Of a DNA stretch of 64,000 nucleotides, positions 20,145 through 28,446 are shown one piece after another. The translations under genes were made by a program, and so were the position numbers. Origin of the DNA: Nitrososphaeria archaeon (GTDB lineage: Archaea; Thermoproteota; Nitrososphaeria; Conexivisphaerales; DTJL01); NCBI GenBank assembly GCA_029775965.1, contig JARVJU010000011.1, positions 24-64,023 of the forward strand, given 5' to 3'. The notes below the pieces were generated by a model, which saw nothing but the letters and a program-made list of their open reading frames with translations, was not told the origin of the DNA and did no database searches. Within the stretch, counting starts at the first letter, position 1, and each line of letters opens with the position of its first letter.

Positions 20145-20687
20145 ATGCGTAGAGGCGCGTTAATAGTCTCTGTCGCAGTCATCTTAGTGTTGATAAGTTC
20201 TTTATCGTTCTATGGATTCTTCCCAGTGCAAGTTACAGAGAGTGTCCCTGTTCTTACATCCAAGTTTGTCGTGACAAACTCCCTAGGCGAAACTGTCTTT
20301 CTTTTTGCGTTTGTAACGATTCCTAAAAATGCAGTTTATGTTAAGATAGAGATCCCAATGAATGTAAGCTATAGCAACACTTCAAAAGAATTTCCCATAC
20401 TAGTAGGACTTTTCTCGAAGAATGGATCATCTGTAACATTAGAAAAGGCAGGGTACAAAGATCCTGATAATGGATTGTATGTTATATTCCTGAAACCATT
20501 ATCGTACTCATATAAAGTGCCTACCTTCTTTCCAAACGGAACACCCAACTTCCATAATCTCCAGACGATAAGCTACTCTTTTCTCGGCAAAAGTTACTGG
20601 GTGGGAATAGATATTGGCCTCAATGAGACTGCTTATTCAATTTACGTTCAATCAGTAAGCATTGTATATTCTTATATGAGATGGTAA
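20145..20687 (+). CDS. Secreted/surface protein with a class III (type IV pilin-like) signal-peptide candidate
   Basis: The N-terminus is MRRG|ALIVSVAVILVLISSLSFYGF, i.e. a basic residue plus Gly, then Ala and a hydrophobic helix. The rest looks beta-rich and has several N-x-S/T sequons (NVS, NTS, NGS, NGT, NET). Confidence 0.45.
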   Translation: MRRGALIVSVAVILVLISSLSFYGFFPVQVTESVPVLTSKFVVTNSLGETVFLFAFVTIPKNAVYVKIEIPMNVSYSNTSKEFPILVGLFSKNGSSVTLEKAGYKDPDNGLYVIFLKPLSYSYKVPTFFPNGTPNFHNLQTISYSFLGKSYWVGIDIGLNETAYSIYVQSVSIVYSYMRW

Positions 20688-21524
20688 ATTTACTAAAACC
20701 AAGACCACAAAAAACATGTTGTAGCTGTAAAGAAGCCTCTTAATACAGCTTCAGTATAATGACGAACTTATCTGGCTTAAACAGTATAGTTTCTGACGGT
20801 AAATTTGATGGTAGCATTTGTTTTGTTGTAGTGCCTTGGATTGCAAGATGGGTCTGGAAGAAGGTCACTCCTTTGCTTGAACATAAAAGGCATGGCAGAG
20901 CACTTTCCTCTTGCATCTGGATATGTTGAAATTAAAACAGTCATTAAGGATCTTCAGAATGTGATCAAGTACGATGATATTGAAGATGATACTTACAAGA
21001 CATAGTTTTGCTGGCAAAGTAGCTACAACTGTCGCAAATTGAGTACAAAAAGTAAAGTTGCTTTCGTACCCCGATTCGCTAGGATTGGATAAGATAATAT
21101 ACCACAAGTATGGTTCAACCCAAGGCGTGCGTTTGCCACTGAATCAACGATGCTCTCTGAAAGTTCGACTGGGAGTGCTTGCATCTTCTGCATGAGGCAT
21201 ATGATCCTGTGGGGAAAATCATAGATGGCAGACCGAAGAACTTTTCTGTTCCCAAAAGATTGTAGATTCAGAACACTGGCCCATGACCGTAAAGCCAAGT
21301 AAGCTGATAGAATCCATGATCAGTTTATCAACATAGTTCGATATTTTTGCCATTTAAAACTTTAATTGCAGGTTACTTGTCTAAAGAATATTGAGCAGGA
21401 ACTATATAGTTTTGCACCTGATAAATAATGACGTCTGCGCTTTGATTATTCGATGAGGATGCTCAGATATTTAGAAACGATTCTTCAACAAGATACCATC
21501 ATAGGTGCTTTGTTGCTATGATGA

Positions 21525-22205
21525 GCTATCTGCCAGGCATCAAGGACTCCTTAGCGAACCTGGGCTTTAGTCCAGCTTCCTGCAGTACCTGAAACATGAA
21601 CTGATCTCCGAAAAATATTAACCTATGGTGATCCTCAACGTACGTTATCCCCTCTCCTTTTTTGCTATAAGATACCTTTCATCCAGAACTGAGAACACTC
21701 CGTCTGCATAGTCAAAACTCACTCTAGCTATCTTCGGCGAATTGCTTTCGTAAGTTTGCATGTGCACCGCCTTTCCAGCCAAGACGATTTCCGGAGCCAA
21801 GGTTGGATTATCAAAACGCCCCCTCCCTTCAAATGTCTTTCGAAGTTTACAACTGCCTTACTTATTTCCTTTTTAGTCGTCAGGTAGCCGATGCTACTGA
21901 ACAGGCATAAAACAACATCAAATTGCCTCCTGGCATCAAAATCAACCATATCTCCCTTTATGAATTCAACTCCAGGCACATTTCTTCTGGCGATTTCCAG
22001 CATCTTTTCACTGGTATCGACACCCACACATGAAAAATCCTTTCTGAGATATGAGAGATGTTTCCCTGTTCCGCATGATATGTCAAGAAGTTCGTTGCCT
22101 GTGGAACTCTTATATCTGAATCAGCTTCCTTCGATAATCCTTCCAGCTGTAAATCTTTTCATAGTACTCTGCCAGCTCTTCATAAAGTTTGGCATGCTTT
22201 AACAT
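21525..22205 (-). pseudogene. Class I SAM-dependent methyltransferase, multiply frameshifted
   Basis: Fragments lie in three frames:
- MLKHAKLYEELAEYYEKIYSWKDY...I* 
- ELLDISCGTGKHLSYLRKDFSCVGVDTSEKMLEIARR...GGGVLIIQPW (motifs I-III)
- KIARVSFDYADGVFSVLDERYLIAKKGEG*
- ITYVEDHHRLIFFGDQFMFQVLQEAGLKPRFAKESLMPGR*
One of the shifts is at an A-run (GCAAAAAAGG). Confidence 0.75.
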
Positions 22206-22658
22206 GCTTTTTGCAGCAGTTAGCACATCTCAAATTAACGTTTTACCAGTTATATTTCATTTCATTGCCGATACTTGAATTGCTACTGTCATCTCATCCA
22301 AGCATCACGAAGTATTCTCCCATCATTATGCAGAGCTCACTAGCGCTGAACCAAATCCACTTTTCATTTTAGTCATTGAAGATGTCAAGCAATTTCTATA
22401 ATTTTCGCACATAGATCTTTTGTGACAGAATGATCTGCATGTAGTTGACAGGTTATCTCTATTTATAATTATCTTTTTCTTTAGAACATTTTCCCTCGTG
22501 TTCTTTCCTTTTCCATCAAGTAAATTGATAGCATTATAAGCAATCTTCCATTTCGAATAAGGAATTATCTCTCTGCTCTAACGCTGTAAACCTTTAACAT
22601 AAGTTACAACCTTTAGGGTGGAATTTTAAATATCATAGGTTTTGGATTTTTGGTTATA

Positions 22659-22753
22659 TGCTCCGGCCGGGATTTGAACCCGGGTTATCGGCTCGAGAGG
22701 CCGAGATACTTGACCGGACTTTTAGCCCCTTTTGGAGGGTATACTACCGGAGC
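22659..22753 (-). tRNA. tRNA-Glu (anticodon CUC) with a 20-nt non-canonical intron in the D-loop
   Basis: The reverse complement reads GCTCCGG TA GTAT A[CCCTCCAAAAGGGGCTAAAA]GTCCGGTCAA GTAT C TCGGC CTCTCGA GCCGA TAAC CCGGG TTCAAAT CCCGG CCGGAGC A. All four stems pair once the bracketed 20 nt are removed. No CCA is encoded. Confidence 0.85.
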
Positions 22754-22777
22754 ACATAAACGGCCAGAATTAATACC

Positions 22778-22792
22778 ATATTTTAATATTTA
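22778..22792 (-). promoter_or_regulatory. Candidate TATA box for tRNA-Glu
   Basis: The minus strand reads TAAATATTAAAATAT, ending about 25 nt upstream of tRNA position 1. Confidence 0.4.
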
Positions 22793-22797
22793 GAATA

Positions 22798-23025
22798 TCA
22801 CTTTTCCAGAAAGGTCTTCACTGCAAGCTTTATGTCTGCTCCTTTCACAGTTCTTCTGCCTGCGTGGTTCGCAAGTTCTGCAGCTTTCTGCCCTATTTTG
22901 ACCCCTATATCCTCCAAAGCGTTCTTCATCTCTATTATCGCATCATCCCCTACTCTTTCAGCTCCTGCCTTCTTTAGTATTCTGTATATGGATGCGGAAC
23001 CAAATTCACTCTCGCTCATCTTCAC
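22798..23025 (-). CDS. Archaeal histone (HMf family)
   Basis: 75 aa. The sequence IYRILKKAGAERVGDDAIIEMKNALEDIGVKIGQKAAELANHAGRRTVKGADIKLAV aligns with the histone-fold consensus (AGAERVSDDA ... HAGRKT). Confidence 0.9.
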   Translation of the reverse strand: MKMSESEFGSASIYRILKKAGAERVGDDAIIEMKNALEDIGVKIGQKAAELANHAGRRTVKGADIKLAVKTFLEK

Positions 23026-23061
23026 ACCTCAGGCTCATGGGTTGGAGAAACTGATTTAAAA

Positions 23062-23069
23062 TCATTAAA
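23062..23069 (-). promoter_or_regulatory. Candidate TATA box for the histone gene
   Basis: The minus strand has TTTTAAAT 34 nt upstream of the ATG, and GAGGTG lies 6 nt upstream of the ATG as a possible SD. Confidence 0.35.
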
Positions 23070-23126
23070 CCTCATCCGGCAGAAATTTCTAAATAGCTAG
23101 AAATACAAGAAGCTAAAGATAGTTAG

Positions 23127-23888
23127 TTGCAATCAAACAGTTCAAAGCATCCTTACCTCGTTGATTCCCATATGCATATCATTAGTAACATGCAGGAACT
23201 CTCTGAAATGCAAAGGAACTATAATATCTATGTAATAATGAATACCACCAGCCTAGAAGATTTTGATGATGTTATGAGATACTCTATGCAAAACAGCAGT
23301 ATGGTATCAGCATTTGCAGGACTTCATCCAAACAGCGATCAAGATGAGCTAGAAGCCTTTACAGAAAAAATGAGGAAGAATGCGAATAGTATAGATGGTA
23401 TAGGGGAAATAGGACTTGATTCTAGAACATACTCGAACAAACAGCTGAAGGTCTTTAAAGCCCAGCTTGAGATTGCAGAAAAGCTAGAAAAACCAGTCTC
23501 GATACACAGTAGGGGAAAAGTACAGGAGATCCTAGACATTCTACCAAGCTTCAGGTTAAGGAAAGTGCTCATGCATTGGCCCGATTGCACACCATCAGAG
23601 CTTTCTAGAATTGTTCAGAGGGGATATTTCGTTTCCTTTGGACCTGCAACTGTCTATTCGAAAAGATTATCCAGCCTTGCAATGCAAGCTAGCATGGAAA
23701 GCATACTAGTCGAATCTGACTCTCCTGTTAAATATGGAGCCTGCTTTCTCGCTAGAGAATCTAACCCTAGCTACATAGTGAGCGTGATCTTTCATATTGC
23801 AATGATAAAAAATGTAGAGACAGAATTTTTTGAAGATATCACAAGAAAGAACTCAATAGCCTTTCTTGATAAGAGCATAGACATGTAA
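23127..23888 (+). CDS. TatD-family metal-dependent hydrolase
   Basis: Motifs DSHMH, GEIGLD, SIHSR and ESDSP. TTG start. Confidence 0.75.
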   Translation: MQSNSSKHPYLVDSHMHIISNMQELSEMQRNYNIYVIMNTTSLEDFDDVMRYSMQNSSMVSAFAGLHPNSDQDELEAFTEKMRKNANSIDGIGEIGLDSRTYSNKQLKVFKAQLEIAEKLEKPVSIHSRGKVQEILDILPSFRLRKVLMHWPDCTPSELSRIVQRGYFVSFGPATVYSKRLSSLAMQASMESILVESDSPVKYGACFLARESNPSYIVSVIFHIAMIKNVETEFFEDITRKNSIAFLDKSIDM

Positions 23889-23946
23889 GCATGCATCAAC
23901 AGAATGCTTTTTAATACTAAATTTTGCACCCAACTGCAGAAGGAAA

Positions 23947-24186
23947 TTGGACAGAATAAGAAGGCTCGCGTTGCAGCTAATAAATGAGTATCATGATAAG
24001 TTTTCAAGTGACTATGAAAACAATAAAAAAGTTCTTACAGAGATAGCAATATTCAGGTCCAAGAGCCTTCGAAACGAAGTTGCTGGCTACATATCCCGTT
24101 ACTACAAACTCAAACAAGAAGAAGAGGAGGAAGGTAAAGAAGAACAGGCGGTTGCCGAAAAGACGGGGGCCGCCGCTTCAAGTTGA
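23947..24186 (+). CDS. rps17e: 30S ribosomal protein S17e (with acidic/Ala-rich C-terminal tail)
   Basis: IRRLALQLINEYHDKFSSDYENNKKVL..SKSLRNEVAGYISRY matches the S17e consensus (KYPDKFT.DFE.NKK ... SKRLRNRIAGYITR). TTG start. Confidence 0.85.
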   Translation: MDRIRRLALQLINEYHDKFSSDYENNKKVLTEIAIFRSKSLRNEVAGYISRYYKLKQEEEEEGKEEQAVAEKTGAAASS

Positions 24187-25013
24187 CCTTTATTATAAGC
24201 CACGGAGATTTTAAACTCGAACTTTCTGTTCTACCGGTTAAGGAGCTGAAACCTCACGAAGAAACACTGAAGCAAGGGGTGGATGAACTAAAATCTTCGT
24301 TAATTAATATGCGCCTCCAGCATGACCCTGTTATAATAGATTCGAAGACAAAGGTAATTCTGGACGGTATGCACAGGCATAAAGCGATGCAGGAATTGCA
24401 TTTTAAGCTGATACTGGTATGCGCAGTAAATTACTTGGACGAAAGAATCGGCATAAAAAGATGGCTAAGATCCTCACGTATGAGTGAAGATCAGCTTGGC
24501 AAGATAGCAAGGACACTATCATTAGAGGAGGAAGGAAGATACGGTCAAGTCATGCAGATGGTAGACCAGCAGCAGAGTTGTTTGGGTATTCTGAGCGAAA
24601 AGGTATCGTACTATTCGAAGCCCTGTGGCGGAAAGGATAAACTGAAGGAGATGGTAAGAACCTTTGACCAATTCTCTAATTTGATAGGCGTTAGAGTCGA
24701 GTACATCAGCGAAGATAATATAATGCAGAAGGTCAGAGAGGGTTTTTCTGTGCTGTATACTCAGCTTCCAAGCAAGGAGGATGTGATAGAATCAGCACTA
24801 TCAGGAAGACTGTTTCCTCCAAAGAGCACAAGACACACCATTCCTGCGAGACCTGTTGCTATAGGATTTCCGCTTGAATACCTTTCCTTGGAAAGAACGA
24901 ATTCTGAGAATAGGCTTTCCGAGCTGCTCAGGGGCAAGAGGTTTATGGAGATGCCTCCAGGTTCATTCTATGAAGGTAGAAAGTATGAGGAAACTATTTA
25001 TCTTCTGGAGTAG
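24183..25013 (+). CDS. ParB/sulfiredoxin-fold protein (possible SerK-like ADP-dependent serine kinase)
   Basis: The N-terminal region VKELKPHEETLKQGVDELKSSL...HDPVIIDSKTKVILDGMHRHKAM is a ParB/Srx-type motif (KPHE ... ILDGxHR). The C-terminal 170 aa is unassigned. The TTG start overlaps the S17e stop. Confidence 0.45.
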   Translation: MTFIISHGDFKLELSVLPVKELKPHEETLKQGVDELKSSLINMRLQHDPVIIDSKTKVILDGMHRHKAMQELHFKLILVCAVNYLDERIGIKRWLRSSRMSEDQLGKIARTLSLEEEGRYGQVMQMVDQQQSCLGILSEKVSYYSKPCGGKDKLKEMVRTFDQFSNLIGVRVEYISEDNIMQKVREGFSVLYTQLPSKEDVIESALSGRLFPPKSTRHTIPARPVAIGFPLEYLSLERTNSENRLSELLRGKRFMEMPPGSFYEGRKYEETIYLLE

Positions 25014-25025
25014 CAGGACAAAGTA

Positions 25026-25262
25026 ATGCCACTAGTTAAAGCTCTAGGTATTGCAAAGTCAGTCTGCGGCTGGGGAGAAGCCAGTATAGAAGCGCATGAT
25101 ATTGCTCAGCTCCTCTCCAATCTTCCTGTGCAATTATCGGATATGTACAAAAAAGGTGAAGTTGTAATCATAATTAACGGAACAGAGCTAAGGTCTGCAG
25201 ACAGGCATTCACTTAATGAGAGTGACAGTGTGTACCTGTTACCCGTCGTTCATGGAGGCTAG
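25026..25262 (+). CDS. MoaD/ThiS-family ubiquitin-like beta-grasp protein ending in Gly-Gly
   Basis: 78 aa. The C-terminus ...VIIINGTELRSADRHSLNESDSVYLLPVVHGG* follows the typical MoaD/SAMP pattern (NG..v......l.dgD.v.llPpvsGG). Confidence 0.7.
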   Translation: MPLVKALGIAKSVCGWGEASIEAHDIAQLLSNLPVQLSDMYKKGEVVIIINGTELRSADRHSLNESDSVYLLPVVHGG

Positions 25263-25263
25263 C

Positions 25264-25734
25264 ATGTCTCCACTCGATAAAAATGTAATTTTCTTAACCT
25301 ATACGGCATCAAAGGCACCAGAAAAAGACTTGTCAGTGTTCAGAAGTCAATTCCCTTCTTTATTCATACAGAGCTTGGACCCGAACTGCGTGGCCAGCGA
25401 AGAGCACGTCAGGCTCGTGCTTTCTCAGACCGTATACGCCAGCAAAATAGGCAGGCTACTAGCTAGAAAAGCTGAGATAGACTTTCTCATGAGGCTTGCA
25501 ATAACAGACCAGATAAAGGAGGCAATACGAGTAGCAGGCGCAAAGCCGGGGCAGAGAGCAATAGTTGTCCTGTGTGGCAGGGAGAGTCAAAGAGCAAAAG
25601 AAGCTATGCTGGCATCTGGATTTTCAGACTTTGTTGCGTGGGAGAGAAAAAAAGTTGATCACCTATTGCTAGTTGGCAAAGCAGCATTGCTGGGCTTGAA
25701 GAGAAGAAGGGTAGGCTTAAAAGAACTGAACTAA
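25264..25734 (+). CDS. cgi121: Cgi121-like KEOPS subunit (tentative)
   Basis: About 157 aa. ARKAEIDFLMRLAITDQIKEAIRVAG resembles the Cgi121 helix region. The ATG lies 1 nt after the Ubl stop. Confidence 0.4.
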   Translation: MSPLDKNVIFLTYTASKAPEKDLSVFRSQFPSLFIQSLDPNCVASEEHVRLVLSQTVYASKIGRLLARKAEIDFLMRLAITDQIKEAIRVAGAKPGQRAIVVLCGRESQRAKEAMLASGFSDFVAWERKKVDHLLLVGKAALLGLKRRRVGLKELN

Positions 25735-25748
25735 CAAAATACCTATAA

Positions 25749-27236
25749 ATGCATGTATCAACCCAGTATCAAGTGCAAGATTTCAAAATAGGGCTGACCT
25801 TTGATGATGTTTTACTTGCCCCCAAATTCTCGGACATAAGGTCAAGGAAAGAAGTATCTACAGATACGTTATTCACCAGAAAGGTAAGGTTGAACATCCC
25901 TATAGTCAGCGCCAACATGGATACTGTCACAGAGGCAACAATGGCTATAGCTCTTGCAAGGCTTGGAGGGATAGGGGTTGTCCATAGATTTCTGAGCATA
26001 GAGGATGAAGTTGCTGAAGTCACGAAGGTAAAAAGGTCCGAAGGGATAGTAATAGAGGATCCTATTACGCTGACTGCTGAGCATACGGTGCAAGAGGCAA
26101 AGAACATAATCAAAAAGCATAACATAGGGGGCATAGTTATAATAGATCAAGAAAGGAAGGTCCTTGGTTTAGTCACAAGGAGGGATATCGAGCTCGAAGA
26201 TAATGGTTCGATAAAACTTGTACATGTTATGACCCCAAGGAGTAGGCTTGTTACTGCCCCTCCTGGCATATCTATCGAGGAAGCAAAGCAGATACTGTTC
26301 AAGAATAAGGTGGAGAAGCTGCCTATAGTTGATGCAGAAAACAGATTGCTGGGCCTTATAACAGCAAAGGATATATTAAAAAGAAAGCAGTTTCCACTTG
26401 CCACTAAAGACGATAAAGGAAGGCTAAGGGTTGCAGCAGCTGTCGGGGTAAGAGGAGATTTTATGCAGAGGGCTCAAAGGCTGCTTGATGCTGATGCGGA
26501 TATAATAGTAATAGACATAGCACATGGTCACTCATTCCATTGCATAGAAGCGATCAAAGCTATAAAAAAGGAGTTCGGGGATGTAGAAGTTATCGCTGGG
26601 AATGTGGCTACATCTGAGGGAACGACAGACCTGATAAAGGCAGGCGCAGATGCTGTGAAGGTTGGTGTCGGGCCTGGAAGCATATGTATAACAAGATTAG
26701 TGACAGGCTTTGGCGTACCTCAGCTAACAGCTATAATAGAGAGTTCTAAGGTAGCTGAAGATTACGGTGTACCTATAATAGCTGATGGAGGGATAAGGCA
26801 TCCTGGCGATGTTACAAAGGCTATAGCTGCTGGTGCCTCTTCTGTAATGATAGGCAGTCTTTTTGCAGGGACGGAGGAGAGCCCTGGTCCTACTGTACTG
26901 AGAAATGGTATAAGGTACAAGCTTACAAGGGGTATGGCATCCCTCACAGCAACCATAGATAGAAGGTTAAGGGAATCCAGCTATACGGATTCAAGAGAAA
27001 ACGAGCTAGTGGAGGAAGCCATAGAGGAGACTGTCCCTGAAGGTGTTGAAGGGCTGATACCGTATAAAGGTAGAGTGGAGGAAGTTGTCAAGCAACTTGT
27101 AGGAGGCTTAAGGTCGGGAATGAGTTACTGTGGAGCTCATAATCTGAAGGACTTGAAGCTTAAAGCTCAGTTTATAAGGATAACAGAAGCCGGATACAGA
27201 GAGAGTCTGCCCCATGATATAGAGAGAGTCGCTTGA
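25749..27236 (+). CDS. guaB: Inosine-5'-monophosphate dehydrogenase with CBS pair
   Basis: [18 protein letters not shown], the CBS region, catalytic loop [12 protein letters not shown], and [11 protein letters not shown]. Confidence 0.95.
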   Translation: MHVSTQYQVQDFKIGLTFDDVLLAPKFSDIRSRKEVSTDTLFTRKVRLNIPIVSANMDTVTEATMAIALARLGGIGVVHRFLSIEDEVAEVTKVKRSEGIVIEDPITLTAEHTVQEAKNIIKKHNIGGIVIIDQERKVLGLVTRRDIELEDNGSIKLVHVMTPRSRLVTAPPGISIEEAKQILFKNKVEKLPIVDAENRLLGLITAKDILKRKQFPLATKDDKGRLRVAAAVGVRGDFMQRAQRLLDADADIIVIDIAHGHSFHCIEAIKAIKKEFGDVEVIAGNVATSEGTTDLIKAGADAVKVGVGPGSICITRLVTGFGVPQLTAIIESSKVAEDYGVPIIADGGIRHPGDVTKAIAAGASSVMIGSLFAGTEESPGPTVLRNGIRYKLTRGMASLTATIDRRLRESSYTDSRENELVEEAIEETVPEGVEGLIPYKGRVEEVVKQLVGGLRSGMSYCGAHNLKDLKLKAQFIRITEAGYRESLPHDIERVA

Positions 27237-27237
27237 T

Positions 27238-28446
27238 TTGAGTAACAATCTAGCTGTTGTTGGTTTGCAGTGGGGCGATGAAGGAAAAGGGAAGATAGTA
27301 GACTATCTTTCTAATGGATTTGACGCTGTAGCGAGGTTCAACGGTGGAAGCAATGCAGGCCATACAGTCGTTACAGAGAATGGAAGGTATACCTTTCATC
27401 TACTTCCATCTGCTGCTCTGAACGATAAAGAGCTGCTGATAGCCCCAGGCGTTGTGCTAGACACAGAAGTGCTGAAGGATGAGCTTCCTTTGGTAAAAAA
27501 AGAGAAAGTGCTGATAGACAGTAAATGCACACTTGTCACACCGTTTGAAAAAGAGTTTGATGCATACATAGAGAAGATGAGGGGCTCAATGGCCATAGGA
27601 ACAACAAAAAGAGGTATAGGACCAGCATACGCTGTTAGAGCTTTGAGACTTTCGCCTAGAGCTATGGATCTCTTCTCTAGCAATTATGATATGAGATCAT
27701 TCGCTGAGTTTTACAGAGCTTTTGGTATCAGCATAGATGATATGGAAAAGTGGATGGATAATGCAAGAAAAATATTGGTTGGCCTGCTTGGGGATGTGTC
27801 CGAAAGGGTGCTGGACTTAAATGAGTCTGGCAAAAGAATTCTTTTCGAGGGCTCTCAGGGGAGTCTGCTGGACATTTTGTATGGAAGCTATCCCTTCGTA
27901 ACAAGCTCCCATACAACAGCAAACTATATCCCTGCAAGCCTTGGCATTAACCTTGCCATTGACAGAGTGCTTGGGGTTGCGAAGTGCTATTCAACAAGGG
28001 TTGGCTCCGGTCCTTTTCCAACAGAAATCAAAGACATGCTATCTGATCAGATCAGAGAATTAGGACAGGAATATGGGGCAACCACAGGCAGAGCAAGAAG
28101 GGTAGGATGGCTGGATCTTGTAAGTATGCGCTATGCTATCAGGCTTAACAACAACAAAGAAGTAGCAATTTCTAAGCTCGATATCCTTTCCAAACTAAAA
28201 GAGCTCAAAGTATGCATAGCATACAGAATAGACGGCTCAGAAACAGAGAATTTCTTTGATGCTCTTCCCAGGCTTGCTGATGTAGAGCCGGTTTACGATT
28301 CCCTGGACCCAATCTACGGCTATGATTTCAATTCTGGTGTAGCTGGAACACTTCGAAAATTTGTAGAGTATATAGAAGACAGGTTAAAGGTGAAAGTATC
28401 TCTACTTTCCTACGGTGCAGGGAGGTCAAAGACTGTTGAGCTATAG
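27238..28446 (+). CDS. purA: Adenylosuccinate synthetase
   Basis: GLQWGDEGKGKIVD, GGSNAGHTV, GTTKRGIGPAY, and ATTGRARRVGWLD. TTG start 1 nt after the guaB stop. Confidence 0.95.
   Translation: MSNNLAVVGLQWGDEGKGKIVDYLSNGFDAVARFNGGSNAGHTVVTENGRYTFHLLPSAALNDKELLIAPGVVLDTEVLKDELPLVKKEKVLIDSKCTLVTPFEKEFDAYIEKMRGSMAIGTTKRGIGPAYAVRALRLSPRAMDLFSSNYDMRSFAEFYRAFGISIDDMEKWMDNARKILVGLLGDVSERVLDLNESGKRILFEGSQGSLLDILYGSYPFVTSSHTTANYIPASLGINLAIDRVLGVAKCYSTRVGSGPFPTEIKDMLSDQIRELGQEYGATTGRARRVGWLDLVSMRYAIRLNNNKEVAISKLDILSKLKELKVCIAYRIDGSETENFFDALPRLADVEPVYDSLDPIYGYDFNSGVAGTLRKFVEYIEDRLKVKVSLLSYGAGRSKTVEL

Noticed and set aside
20759-20938. 59-codon plus-strand ORF (MTNLSGLNSIVSDGKFDGSICFVVVPWIARWVWKK...) in the decay tract
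   Set aside because: It has no recognisable family, overlaps equally long fragments on the opposite strand, and cannot be distinguished from noise without a database search.
21517-21610. ATGATGA (C-box-like) followed by CTGA motifs, considered as a C/D-box sRNA
   Set aside because: The spacing of the putative C, D', C' and D boxes does not fit the 12-nt guide architecture. The sequence is also the 3' end of the methyltransferase pseudogene.
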